Positions 1-13,467 are shown, numbered from the stretch's first letter. The stretch is DNA of 64,000 nt from Camelus dromedarius (GCF_036321535.1 NC_087436.1:41728001-41792000); one strand, 5' to 3'. Notes: a model not told the origin generated them from the sequence alone. Numbers and translations are program-made.

Positions 1-2689
1 TGATTATCAAAGCTAAAATGTTGACATTGATAATGCAATCAGAAATTGAGGCAGCATATCTGCAGATAGCAGTAGAATACATGTAGTTGCTCATTAATCG
101 GTTTATACCTTTATAAATATTTTTAAAAGATGGAAGGATGGAATAAGTAAAATGCTAAAAATTTACACTGTCTCAGAAGCTAAAGAATAAAATGAGTTGA
201 TCTTTCAGAAACAGTAAAATAATTACTTGGACTAGACCATGGAAAAAAGAGAGACTGAGATAAATAAAGAGCACTATGTCTTTAAATTAGATTGCATAAC
301 ATCTAAGAACACAATCAGTTCTCAAGCATTTTTCACATATACCCATCCCAGTTCATTTTCATGGTCATTCATTACTTTGGCTCAGATATTGACCATCTGG
401 CTGCTAGCAACCAAAATTGGGTAGAATTTCTGTCTATTTTTTTCTACAAGGCACTCTACAAACAGCATTTCTTTACTAACACAAGAAATCTTTATAACCA
501 AATGCAGATATTTAATAGTTCACACACACATTGGCTTGTTTCCTCATGCAGCAAAATGTAAAGCGGCATTCCTGTCTAGTTGCATGGTGTAAATTGTTAA
601 TAGTCTTTGGTCAGCCAGCAAGTACTTCTTTCCAAAGTTCCCAAAAAAGGGTTAACTTTTTAAATGGCTTTTTCTATTCACTCTTTCTCAATATATATTA
701 TTCAACTAGGAAACTACCTTTCTGCTTCCCACCACTTTTCCCAGCAAAATCTATCACAGAAAAGTAAAGTAGATTTACTACCATGCTCTCATTTCTAGAT
801 GGCAGTGAAAATAATTTTAATTCACTAGAATGAAAATGTATCTTCTGTAAACTAATTATGCAAATAAGTAGTTAGATAAACTTCAGGTAAATTCTTTGAA
901 TTATGCAGTTTTGATGACAAAAGAATTAAGCATTAATGATCACTTCATATTATTTCCTAAGTACACTCGTTTTACTAATGTATGACAAAATAATTGGGAA
1001 TTAAACTTGAACTGCAAAGTATATATGAAAAAGATCATAAATGTATAGTTTTATCTTTTGAAAATACCTTATGGAAGCAGTATAATTATCATTGCTAATA
1101 ATAGTATTCCCATTCTCTTTTTATCACTTGCCTCTCTCTGTAAAAAAAAAAGAAAGTAAGTATGTGAAGTTTCTTTCAGTAAAGTGCAACTCAATGAAAG
1201 TAACATTCTGGCTTACTCTTTGGTGATCCCTAAAGCTAGTATTGTTCAAATTTGTAGCTGTTTAGTTACTTAGTTATACTTATCTATATTCTAGAAGAGG
1301 ACAACCAATACACTGCAAAGTATTGGTTGGGTTACAAAAGTTCTTATTCTTCCTCAACTGTCACTTTTAACCAACTAATTTTCTCAAAGTTGAGAAAAAA
1401 ATTAAATAAATGGGCATTAAGGAACAAAAATCAGAGTTCTGCCAGTCCCATCCAGTTCTTCTGGTAACCATGCATAAAGTGGTTATCACCTAAAGTTTGG
1501 AAGCGAGGTAATTAAACATTTTAAGTTGTCATTCAGTCGTATTACTTGTATAAACTCTATGTATTTGAGATTTAGATTCAAAATACGTTTAAGTAATTTG
1601 CATACATTTAGTTTATTCATTTATTTATCAATGAAACAGATGGCTTTCTTTCCTGATAGTAAGTATATATAAGTTATTAGAAATGACATTGTTGATAATT
1701 ATCATGATGATAGTGATGATTGTGTATTATTCAGTTGTTTAAACTTTTCTTTATATAAATTCTTTCCTTATTAACAGAAGCTGCAAAACGATACTACTGT
1801 TCAAAAAAAGTTTTTTTTTCAGTGTTGCCTTGACATTGGAAATAGTATTTGTAATCAACACAATTCTATAACAAATGACAGATCATTAAGTATAGTTTTA
1901 AATTTTGAATCTTATGTGTCATTTGCTGATGGGTCAAACCTGAAATACAGTGTAAAAATAATAGTTTCAGGGATGTATCAGGCAAATAAAGAAGAGATCC
2001 CCAGGAAAATGTAGATTAATAAAATAGCTTCATAGATATGATGTATTTGATTTTGCGTCATTTGTATAATTTTACTTAGAGACTTAATATTTCTATAATA
2101 TTAAATTAAAATTAAGAGTATGGAGTTATGCTTAGAGACGTTAAACCTTGATAGATGTAAAATACTAAGCATCCACATTATCTGTTTTTGTTAGGGTATC
2201 TCTTTTCCTGAAACTTAAATTTCAAAATTTATTAGTCATCAAATTCTTTTCACTAGCCTTCAGGACTCTGTCACCAGAACCCCAGGATTTTGATTAAAGT
2301 ACATATACTGTTGTTTGCTATCTGAATGTAATTTCCTTCTATGCAGATTGGAAGAAGGAATATAGCTTCATGTCAAAAATATATTGTGGTTAACTTTTTC
2401 AAATGTAAGCTGAAGAATTGAGAAGGAAATTCGTAACACACAAGAATGTTGACTTGTGTTCTCCACTGATTTTCTTTAAAAACTCATAGATATTTTTTAC
2501 TGTGATTCTGCTAATTCTATTTGACTTTCACATATTTCATTGATCTTTTCTGTAATTACTTATCCTTTTTTATTTTCTTTTGATATGAAGAGTATGTATA
2601 TTAATAACAATAAAATACCACATAAATTACATGATGGTAAGAATAATAGCAAATGCATATAACCTTTCTCAAAAGAGCATCATTGGCCA

Positions 2690-2900
2690 ACAGTAGTAAT
2701 TATTATTCATTGAGTGTTTATCATGTGCTGTCCACTTTAATAAACATTTTATATGCACTACCTTACTGTCCCTCTGGCAGAAATATTTCCCATTTTACAG
2801 ACAGGATTGAGACTGAGACTGAGAGATGTTATAGGGTGGCTGATGAAGGTAAGATTTGAATATTAGTTTGTCTGATACAAAATCTGTACTTTGCCATACA
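2690..2900 (-). mobile_element. MIR SINE (degenerate)
   Basis: Antisense MIR tail and core: cattgagtgtttatcatgtgc...cccattttacaga...gagactgagagatgtt...gatttgaa...gtctga. Confidence 0.75.
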
Positions 2901-4569
2901 ATTCTTCACTATATTTTCTTTCTTATTTTGCTGTTCTTATATTTTACTATTAACATACATGTGCAATTGAAATTATACAAAATGGACACTGAGAAGTGAT
3001 TGGCTAGGTATTATTTTAGAAAAGAATAAAATTAAAAGTGAGAAAATTTATATTCTCAAACTTTTAAGTAAGCACAGTAACACAAATTTCTTTTCACCAG
3101 TTTTTAAAAATGAGATCAACCTTATGCTCCAACCTAATTACCCTCTTAAAAAAATGTTGCTGAAATATTTTCTGCACATACAAAAAAAGAAAGAAGAAGT
3201 CATACAAATTACAAGCACATAGTGATTATCTCAAAATCTTAGTGCTGAAAAATGAAGCTTAATACCAGTTAAGCTGTCACTAAGTCAGAGTTATAAGTAT
3301 AGTCAGGTAAAATTCTTGATAATTGCTTATAATTTTCAGTGTTTGGAAAACAATTTTCTGGGCAGATGTTTTTGCATTGTCCTAAATGTTCTTGTCTCTA
3401 TCAAGTGTTGAACATTTTCTGTGGTTTATGTTCCAATGTGTTAATCATTTCAAGTCTTTAACATACAGATATACAATGGTAACTATGCTATTATGAATTC
3501 CTTACACTCTGCACACTTGAAAAAAATCAAAATTAGTCTTTGTTACTTGGTGTGGTGCCTTTTTCAAAAGCTGAATTTATCATTAAGTCACTGGCCTTGA
3601 ATATTAAGTATTAATTGAGCTTGGACTATTAAGAAATTATCTCCAAAAAATATCATTTAACATGTAATTCCTTCAAATTTGTCATATTATGAATCAGGTT
3701 ACTGGGCCAAAAGCTTGTTTATGCCATTGAAATAAGTTACCATCACTGCTTTTCTAAGAGCAGTGAATGCTTATCAAACCTCCCTTACCAAACTTTATTA
3801 TAAATTTCAACCAAGTAGTAACTATTTCAGAGTTAATTATCCAGTTTATGGTTTCTCTGCATCTTATTTTTGTTCATTTCTATAGTTCTTTTTTTCTGTA
3901 GCAATCAAAATGCCACAATCTTTAGAAAATGAGAAAAGGAATATACATTGGATTCAGTTTTATTAATTATATCTAATCCTAATAAAATAATTTATTATAA
4001 AGATTATTGATGGTTTTAATAAAATAATACTGAAACACTATAAGTTTAGTTTATTCTGGTTATTTAAATGCCAGAATAATTAAGGATTGTGTGGTGATAT
4101 TTTGAACTGAAAAGGAAGTTAACCCTAAAGAAGCAAATATTAGTTGTTAAAGAAAGAATGATAAATAATCTTAAAATCTTAAAAATGTTAACTATGACAT
4201 TATTTTCTCATCACCATTACCTTCAAAATATAATCAATATAAAACAACCTAGACAGTAGAAATGTAGAAGGTATCCTATAGAAACATTTTTTTATAAATT
4301 AATAGTTTTTCCAAATTAGTTCAGACACAACTTACCTAGATTTTTCCAAAAGAATTTCAGTCCTCCCTCAGAAGCAAAAATTGGTAATTAGCAATTCTGT
4401 TGAATCTTCCATTATTTTATCCACTGGGGGAAAAAAAGATATTTCAGTGTTGTGAAGATAAAATAAATTCTACCTTAAAATGAAATATCAACATTGGTGA
4501 TTCCTTAAGCGGTTTATAGCTTTGCTACTTGATTTTCAGTTTTTAAAGCAACAAACACAGAAAAATAGT

Positions 4570-4750
4570 TAACTCCACCCCTCCAGTCTCAGGTCAAATT
4601 CTTTAACTCATATTTTTCTTTCATATACCACATCTGCTCCATTATCAAATCCTAGTGACTCTAACTTCAAAATACATTCAGCTTTCTTCACCATGACATT
4701 TCATAACTTAGTCCTAAACCATTATCATTTATCACCTAGATAACTGAATA
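4570..4750 (+). mobile_element. L2 LINE fragment; left part of an L2 split by the L1MC insertion
   Basis: ctaacttcaaaatacattcag...ccattatcatttatcacctagataactg resembles the L2a 3' region and continues after 5615. Confidence 0.65.
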
Positions 4751-4759
4751 TTTAAAAGA

Positions 4760-5610
4760 TCACTTCCTGTGTACAGTTGCACTTAAAGAGGCTTAGAAGT
4801 CATTACTCCATCCTAACAAGTAAAAGCTACATATACTGAAAAAAATCAAAATTCTTCTTGGATCTATAAGAGAGGGGAGGCCACAGGGAAAACCATGGCA
4901 TCTGCAGTGTTCCTTGGTAGTGTAACACAAAGGAGTTGACAACCTAAATCCACACAAAACCCTGTTCAGGGCTGTTTATAGCAGCTTTATTCACAGTTGC
5001 CAGCAGTTGTTAACAATCAAGATGTCCTTTCGTAAATGAATGGATAAATAAACTGTGGTACGTCCAGATAATGGAATATTATTCAGCACTAAAAGGAAAT
5101 AAAATATCAAGCCATAAAAAGACATGGAAGAATATTAAATGTATATTGCTAAGTGAAAGAAAGCAATCTGAAAAGACTATATACTGTATGATTTCAACTA
5201 TAGGACATTCTGAAAAGAGCAAAACAATGAAGACAGTAAAAAGATCAGTGGTTGTCAGAGTTAAAGGGAAATAAGGCAAGTTAGTAGAGCACAAAGGATT
5301 TTTAGGACAATGAAACTACTCTGTATGACACTGTAGTGATGTGTACATGTCACTTATATATTTTTCCAAACCCTTAGAATGTAAAACACCAAAAGTGAAT
5401 TGTAATGTAGACTTTGGGCTTTGGGGGGTTATGATGTTATCAACGTAGTTTCATCAGTTGTAGCAAATGCACCACTCTGGTGAGGGATGTTAATACCGGG
5501 GAAAGATGTGCATGTGGGGCAGGGGATTATATAGGAAATATCTGTAAATTCCTCTTAATTTTACTGTGAAGTTAAAACTGCACTAGAAAAATTATATCTT
5601 TAATTAAAAA
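4760..5610 (+). mobile_element. L1MC (L1MC1-like) element: ~135 bp of 5' end joined directly to the ORF2 end and 3'UTR
   Basis: 4900-5610 is a typical L1MC 3' end (atggaatattattcagcactaaaag...aagatcagtggttgtcag...gaagttaaaactgcactagaaaa plus A-rich tail; ORF 5071 MEYYSALK.. is the L1 ORF2 C-terminal remnant). 4762-4892 (acttcc...gaggcttagaagtcattactccatcctaacaag...gaggccacagggaaaacc) resembles the L1MC 5' terminus. Confidence 0.85.
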
Positions 5611-5614
5611 GAGG

Positions 5615-6255
5615 AAAACATGGTTTTCTTATTCCTATCCTTATAGAAATCAATGTATTCAGAAACCAGAAGGTTCTTTTTACAATGAAAATAAGGTTGT
5701 AATGGTTTTTGTAGTCTAAAACTCAATAATACAGTCATTTTATACTAAATGAAAAGCTAAAACCCATAACATGCCTCAGTAGGTGCTCGGACTCTGTGCC
5801 TCCCCCTTCCCCAACTCTCTGTCCTCTCCTCCTCAAGGCCAACCCCTTAGTTCACTCTGCTGCAGCCATGTTGGCCTGGTGGCTATTCCCATAATTCATT
5901 AGGCATGATTTGACCACAGGGCCTTGGCACATGTTTTTGTCTCTGTTGGGAAGCTTTTATCTCAAATATGTGAGAGGTGGACTTTCTCACCTCTCCTAAT
6001 CTTTGCTCAGATACCACCTTCCCAATTACTCTTACCTTTAACATTGCTTCACCACATAACCCATATTCATTTTGCTCCTCTATTTTCATCTCCTATTATA
6101 ATACTTTTTAAAACACTACATAAATCAGTTGTAAATTTTATGTCTGTCTCCCTCCTAATATAACATAAACCTTGCTTTTTATACTTTTATATACTCAAAC
6201 GAATAGAAAAACACCTGTCTGCTAATAGACACTCAATGGATATTTGTTAAATAAA
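5615..6255 (+). mobile_element. L2a LINE 3' part; right part of the split L2
   Basis: cactctgctgcagccatgttggcct...cacagggccttggcacatg..., ending in the L2 tail tagacactcaatggatatttgttaaataaa. Confidence 0.8.
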
Positions 6256-7149
6256 ATATAACTAACAGATTAAAACATTTATTAAAATAAAACATAACCA
6301 AGGTATCATAAGTAAACAAAATGGCTTAAAAAAGAATTTAGATATATGCATTCATGTTAAGTTTCCATTAGGATCAGCAGGGGTAAGGCAGTATAATATA
6401 TACAAAGCATGGGGGGAAAAAGACTTCAGTCTTCTCACAAAATATGCTGCCTTTGAAATCAATATTAGCATTGCTTAGTTCCTTTTACCTACCATAGCAA
6501 AGCAGGAAATAATGCAATTATTAAACAAAATGATGTACCAATTAAAAAAGAAATAGGGACAAGGTTCATAAATTTAGATTTACCCATAAGATCCTCAGAA
6601 AAGTATCTGCCTAAGAAGTGTGTTATGTATTTACAGCCTGTATCTAGGTGGTAAATTGTGTATTGCATCAGAATCAGTTTGTCCTTCCAAATGCAGAAAG
6701 TCAAAAGGAATTAAACTTGGAAGAAAGAAATAATTCTTTGTGCTTACATAGAAGCTATGAATTTCACAATCACAAAAATATTATGACTTCTTTATTTATA
6801 ATGAAACTAACTAAGCTTTTGAGGCTCCCTCCATGCTGATAATAAAAAACAAATGCCAACACAAGGTAGCTCTATTAGTCATGGTTTATACTCTTTGAAG
6901 AATTGTTTAATTCATGTGTCTTCTTATAATTTTCTGCCTTCTCCTTCCCTTCTCCCCAAGTATGATCTAACCTAAATACTGGGCTAAGAATGCTGCTGTG
7001 AGTGTAATTTCTAACACTGGATAAGGACCTCATGAGTCAGCTGGTCTTTGTTGGACTTCAGTCCACATTGGCATCACTAAAATGTGTGCATTTAATCGGA
7101 CTTTTGGCATTTGTTTGTCCAGTCATGGCTATTGGTGATCAGATTGTTA

Positions 7150-7440
7150 TCCTCCTGATCTCAAAACCAACATATATAAATAAAAATGTGTAATAAGATA
7201 GATAATAAGTGGAATGAAGAGCAAAGGCAAAGGGGGTATGGGAAAGATTTTTTGAGGTGATGGGGGCAATTTAAATTAGGATGCTTGAGGAAAGCATCAC
7301 TGAAAGGGACATTTGACCTGAAGGGAGAAAGGAAGAAAGTCAGGCCTCGGTGACATATCTAGGTAAAGGCATATCTAGCCACATGTCTAGATAAAGAGTG
7401 TTTCTATCAGTTATTGAAGTTTAAAACAATAAAGACCTGT
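7150..7440 (-). mobile_element. L2 fragment
   Basis: Purine-rich antisense L2 pattern: gcaatttaaattaggatg...gaaagcatcactgaaagggacatttgacctgaagg. Confidence 0.6.
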
Positions 7441-8195
7441 GAAAAATCTACCTAGGATAACAAAAAAATTTAAATATGATAAATTTTGTATGAGTGACAC
7501 CTGCCTCTAGTCCTCTACCCTGTCTCAGGAAGAGGAGGGCTAGAGTTCTTGCTTTCTTTTGTTTGAGCGAAGGTAGACCAGATAGAAAAGAAGGGGAAGC
7601 TGAGGATGGTGGAGAATCAACAATGGAAATTAGTAATTTAATCCAGAATGAAAAAGGGCAACTAGCTGCACCAAAGCAGAGTGGGGGCAGGAGAGAATGA
7701 GCTGGCAAAGTCAGCTGTTGTCTATAATAGGATGCTTAGGCCATTTCATTAATCTCAGAGTAGCATATCCCTGAAGGTTAAGATCTTGATCTTTTGGACC
7801 CACCGTACTGTGATATGTTGAAGTTTTACCGACCTTATATTAAAAAAAATAAATAAATATATTTTAATTGATAGCCACATGGAGAATTTACTTTTAAGAA
7901 AGGAATTTCTCTTTCCCTCATTTTGTAGAAAAGTCAAATTGAAGCTTGCTGAATTTGTTTAGGTTAAGCAATTGTGTGTATGTTTATATATACTCATTAT
8001 ATACTATTTTACATATGCATATTTAGTTTATGCTCTGCAATAAAACACAAAGATCTAATCTTATGAATATTTTGATTGTTAGAATTTAGAATGGTTTCTT
8101 CGTAAGGAAGATACAGTGATTGAGTTAATAATTATAATTTCCCTTAGCTTTAAGAAGAAATTCTGTGAGAGATGACCCCTTTTTTCATAAAACTG

Positions 8196-8371
8196 TAGGA
8201 CCAGCTACATAATTTTCAGGACCCAGTGCAAAATGAAAATGTGGGACCCCTTGTTCAAAAATGTTAAGACTTTTAGGATGGTAACAGCAGAGCATAAACT
8301 AAATATGAATCCACTCTGAGCTCAGGGCTCTGTGTAATGGCACAGTTCACATGCCCCTGAAGCTGGCCCTG
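8196..8371 (-). mobile_element. MER45A-type hAT (Tip100 group) non-autonomous DNA transposon, full length
   Basis: Ends taggaccagcta... and ...agctggccctg; internal cccagtgcaaaatgaaaatgtgggaccccttgttcaaaaa; 8-bp TSD taaaactg (8188-8195) / taaaacag (8372-8379). Confidence 0.92.
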
Positions 8372-9548
8372 TAAAACAGTTCTGGGCAAGGGAGCAGAAA
8401 GAGGCAAACATAAATTTGATGAATAGAGTTGGTCAAGAGTTTGAAAAGGAGTTTGTGAAGGAGTCACCAGTCAGATCTGGTAGTCAGACAACTATGTTTG
8501 ATCTGTGTTGACCTTTTTCTCAGAACCAATGCAATAAATGTTTTCTAATCTCACCTGTCCTTCTGAAGATTTGGTGAGGAGGCCAGTTGATCTGACTCTC
8601 ACCCAGGAGGAGCCAGTGAGTCTGTATTTGTTTTCATCTACATCCATCCAGTAGGAAAAGCTACACAGAAGAATCCACTGTATTTAATATATAGCTTTAA
8701 AGTTTTATACTTTCTGGGAAGAAAGGCATAATTCTGGCCATGAGATCATTTGTGGGGCAATAAAGTAGGTTTTTATTCATTTTGTTAATTTAGGAATTAT
8801 TTATTACAATTACTGGGGACAAAAACAAGCATCAAAAATACAACCAACCATGCTTAAATAGTGTTCTCTTCAAGACAAAGTTTCCTTATACTACTTGTAT
8901 TTTTTATAATTTTATTATTTGTTTTATATGAATAGTCCTCTAAGGTAAAATCAGTGGATAAACAAAGGGAAAGTGTATTATAATGAAAATAAGAATGGCT
9001 TGCCATGTTGTTAACTCTCTTGATATCATGTATCCTCTAAGTTTTCTTATAGATTTCTTTTCATTATTTTTGGAATCCTTCTTTTTGACCATTTTGCATA
9101 GGGAAAAAATGGTAGAATCTATTCCAAGAAACCATCTATTATAGAATGTAATATTAAGGTGCCTAATATTTAGAGTACAATTAAGCAAAAGAGCAGCCAT
9201 GGTCTTGGTTTTTACACACAGGTACACAGTGAGGAGACTTTACTGAAATTTTAAAAGAACTGAATATATTGCCATGCCTGGAAAAAGCTACATAACAAAT
9301 GTTCTCTCCACCTGTCTAAAGAACTTAGCTTCTGTAGGTGTAACAGTGAGGCAGATCTAGAACCTTTTAATTATCATTAAAATAATCCATAAAGTATATC
9401 TTCTAAAGAGCAGACCTTACACTTTTGAGATGCAGAATACTTTTATCATCTGATAAAGTTGTGCTCTCCACCCACAAATTAACATATCCTCATAAACACA
9501 AAAACTCTTCAGAATAACTCAAAGCCAGATCCATGGCCCAAATTCGAC

Positions 9549-10000
9549 TGTCAACTCCCTTTTCAAAAGACCACCAAGATAACCTGTTGCTCAAGTTTAG
9601 CTAAGTTTATTAGACCTTTTATTAAGGGAGAATACATCTTGGAAGAATCTTTGTGGTTTTGGAGAAGGGAATGGCTAGGAGAGTATGTAAAGTCTGGGAA
9701 TCTGGGCTCTGGTGGTTTTGTAGGGTCGGAGGAGGGAAATCAGGAGAGTATGTTTGTAGGATTTTACAGTCTAAGCTCAAAGCAGAGAACCATTTGGTCT
9801 TGGCTGAAGTTTGTGACGTAATAAAGTGAGCAAGTCTTAATATGTAAGAAGCTGTCTGTTTGCGTAGGTGAACAGTCTGTTGTGCTGATGGGAGAAGTAT
9901 TTGCCCAAATGGCTAAACTGTTTAGACGAATGGTCTCCTAGTGGCAGTTTATAAGATAACTGAGTTGCATGAATAATTTAGTTTCCAAGATAGTTTTAAG
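9549..10000 (-). mobile_element. Old ERV1-type LTR, antisense; family unresolved
   Basis: Starts tgtcaac...caaaagaccaccaag; tttatt (antisense polyA signal) near 9607; G-rich body typical of reverse-oriented LTRs. Confidence 0.5.
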
Positions 10001-10559
10001 TGTTAAAGTATCATTTTCAATTGTTAAAAATGTGATTCTCATACATTAATAGAATGTGTATGTTTATTATTTTATTCAACTGATTGATTAATGAACTAGT
10101 AAGACAGTGACTGCACAAGCATTTAAAGAACCAGAATATGTCCATTGCAAAAGTCATTTAAAAAAAAAATTATAAAATGGTTGCTACATCAGATACAAAC
10201 CTAGTTAATGTTCATAGTCCTTGGAGTTGCCTTTTCTACCCAAAAGAAATGCATAAATCAACGTGAAACTATACAGTGACTGGGCTCTAATCAAATAGCA
10301 AGTAACAGGTAGATTCTCCTAAAGAAATTAATAATTTTCAGATTGGCTTGTTAAAGCTGCCATATACTTTTTATTTTTTATAGGTTTTTGTATTTTTTTC
10401 TTACTAGTTTCTCCATTTTGATAATACTCTTAAACGGTACTTGGTTTAACAGGAGGCTAGTCTCGTTTTGTTCTGTTCTGAATGTTTACAACTGAAAGTA
10501 TTAACTATGCAAACCTCCTTGGACACAAATTATTGAGCAACTGCTGAGGCCATAGGATT

Positions 10560-10965
10560 AACTTCTACCCTGAGCTTTCATTAAGGAATACAGGATTGGA
10601 CCTTCTAAAAGCTTCTGTTATTTCAATAGCAGTACTTTTTGATTTTGGGGAAATTCTGTCTACTTGAGGATCCCAAAATATACTGAGGTTTTTGGCTTGC
10701 CAGGAAGTGATACCGAAGTCCTTTAGGTATAAAACAGGTAGCAGGCCAGTTTTTCTGGATTTTTTTTAAACATTTCCTTTACATATAACACAACCCCTTT
10801 TATTTAATAGAAGGGTTTTTATTTCTGATTCAATGAGATTTAGTCTCAAATATGACACCAAGTATGTCTTGGTACTACAGTTGGCGCTTATTAAATAAGT
10901 GGCAGCAACAGATTCTTACTGAATGTATGCAGACACCTACACTGCCATAAAAATTAAGGGGACGT
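10560..10965 (-). mobile_element. ERV1 MER4-group internal sequence fragment
   Basis: cccaaaatatactgaggtt...gccaggaagtga...caggtagcaggccagt...aacagattcttactgaatgtatgcag...ctgccataaaaattaag resembles non-coding MER4/MER34-type internal regions. Confidence 0.65.
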
Positions 10966-11771
10966 TAATTTTTTTTTTCTGAAATCTGAAATCAAGCACA
11001 TTGGGTCATTAGTAACAGAGTGATAAACTCAATGGTTGCAAAGCAGATATTCCTGTACTTGTAATTGTTCTATCAATACAGTTTTTTTTTCCTCTCTCTC
11101 TCTCTTTGTAGGGCCAAATCCCTTTTGGCAGGAAAAAAAGCCAAAATGTTAAAGGGCAAATTCAATATGATTGACTCAATTGTATAAGAAAATCAGGGAG
11201 TTAACTTAATGATTAACTTCCCGTTGCAGTTGAAGTTGAACTTGAATATTTCTTTGAGCAGCCTGCGGGTATATAGCTTTGTAAAAGATTGGATTTGTAA
11301 CCAGCTGTGAGTTTTCAAGACAATGTTTTGGGCTAAATGAATTAGCAAATACCTTCAGCCAGACAGGTTAATGTATGTGTCTAGGAAGACTGCAGCATGT
11401 TTAATACATCGTTTTTCTCTACTACATGTTGCTTATTTCGTTGTACCTGACCTTTTTGGAAGAAAAAACTGCACTTCTGAATTAGATGTAATGGCTCAGT
11501 AGAAGTTTTAAATGGCTAAGATACACCTCAAGTCTTAAATGAGATAATCCACATAATTTTTGTTAAATGTTTATATTCAGGCTATTCTAATGCTTTATAT
11601 CAGATTAACTGCATATGTTTATGTGATTTTTATGTGACCCTACACAAAGGAGATGCAATAGCTATGCATAGTAAGCATAGCCATTGATCTTCCAAAGTCA
11701 TGATTACCTATTTCTCACATTAATAACATTTTATACCCTCCCCCCATCTATTTATTTGGTCTGTGTAGATC

Positions 11772-11950
11772 GACAGAATTTTAGAATTAAAACTAGTTTA
11801 TAAATCATAAAACCTAAAACCTTTCTTGTATACATGAGGGAAGAAGACCCAAGAGTTTATGTGACTCACTCAAGGTCCTATAGCTAGTCTGCAGGAACTT
11901 TAGCCTGTGATTCGAGACCCTTACTCCAATGTTCTTGCCTCTGTATCATT
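11772..11950 (-). mobile_element. MIR (MIR3/MIRb-like)
   Basis: acagaattttagaat...catgagggaagaagaccca...gtgactcactcaaggtcctatagctagt. Confidence 0.65.
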
Positions 11951-12086
11951 CTGCTACAATGGAAAGATTAAATTCAAAAAGTTTGTTCAGGTACACTTAT
12001 AGAGGGTATCTTGGCATCCATGTAATTTTAGTTAAATTGCCATTTTGTCAGTTGGATGAAGCAATTAAAAGACAGTAGACTCTTTT

Positions 12087-12396
12087 TCATGCTGTCCAAT
12101 ATTGTAGGCACTAGCCACCTGTAGTAAATGAGTACTTGAATTGTGTCTTGCCCAAGCTGAGATGTGCCATAACTATAAAATACACACTAAAATTTGAAGG
12201 CTTAGGATAAAGAAAGAATGTGAAGAAACTCACTAATATTTCTGTGTTGATTATATAATATAAATACTATTTTGGATATATGGGCTTAAATAAAATGTGT
12301 TACATTTAATTTTACTTGTTTCTATTTTTAACGTGCTTACTAGAACTTTTACGATTGCATATGAGGTTCGTGTTATTTAGCTGTTAGGCAGTGCTG
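12087..12396 (-). mobile_element. MER33 hAT-Charlie non-autonomous DNA transposon, near full length
   Basis: gctgtccaatattgtaggcactagccacctgt...agtacttgaa...tgagatgtgc...aaatacacac...ttttggatatatggg...aggcagtgctg; both terminal inverted repeats recognisable. Confidence 0.9.
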
Positions 12397-13033
12397 CACT
12401 AAACTGATTTTGAGAGCAAACTGACAAATTTAATTCAGTTGACATCTGAAAACTATACCTTTATGTTCAGCTAAATTAAAATGTCTATTTAAATAAATTA
12501 TTTAAGAGGGATGGTCCATTAGTATCCATTTTTATAAACAGTTTTTGTCTGAAATAAAGAACTTTATGTAGCACTAACATTTACCTTGGCATTTAACTCT
12601 GTTCACATTCAGTCCCTTACATTTTGTTATTTTTGCATTCATACATTATGTCTTATTGTTGCCATTGTAATTTATATCCCTTAAGGGGAAAGTCCAAGAA
12701 CCATTCGATTTGTGGCTCACGTTACTCATATAAGAGGGCACAGGCTGTGGATATTTAAATATTAACACCGTGAGCAACTGCAAACAGAATGCAGAGAAGA
12801 AGCTGGTTAAGGATGAAATGAAACAAGTGTCAAAACATTTTGACTCAGCCCAGTGGGTGAAACAGAGTCTGGCAAAGATTGTAATCTAGATTTTACTCTG
12901 TGTAGTTAAATAAAATAGAATGAAATCCCTTTCCCATTGTGGAAATCTGAACAGAGAAAAAGGAGATTGATATAATTTATAGAGATTGAACACAGACCTA
13001 GAAGCATTTGTGGATACAGGGGCTACTTGATAG

Positions 13034-13467
13034 AGTTGGCAGGCAATCCCCCACGGGTCTCTCATGTTTCTGCATATCTTCACAAGCAAAGGCACTGACT
13101 ACCTTTGTTCTGAACTATCTTTCAAGACTGCTTTTATAGTAAACAATTTGGAAGATAGGAACAGTGTCTCCCTCTGGAGCAAAGGACAAGTTCAAGATTG
13201 AGGTTCAAGTTCCCAAGATTGAGGTTATTCTCTTATGAGTATAGGTACCATTTTGTCTTCTTAGTGTTGCCTTGTGAGAACTGGCACTTGGGGAATCACA
13301 CAAGGAAATGCTGATACATTGGCTGATGTTACTGCTATGAGTAATAAACGCCTTTGTTTCTGACCCAGTAGTCTCTTATTTCCTTCCAGAATCTATGAAA
13401 CTGTGTGTCAGAGTGACTTGCTAACTTACAAATAGAGCAATTCTCAGACCCTTCATAGTTATTGTCA
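13034..13467 (+). mobile_element. Ancient ERVL-class solo LTR; exact MER/LTR family not assigned
   Basis: gggtctctcatgtttctgca...ggcactgactacctttgttctg...tctccctctggagcaaagg...; AATAAA near 13343; ends ...cttcatagttattgtca; 5-bp TSD gatag/gagag. Confidence 0.8.

Noticed and set aside
5071..5274. ORF MEYYSALK...
   Set aside because: L1 ORF2 C-terminal remnant reading into the 3'UTR; not a host gene.
11090..11190. Strong-looking acceptor (tctctctctctctttgtag)
   Set aside because: The pyrimidine tract is a T-run/(CT)n microsatellite, all frames stop quickly and no good donor follows.
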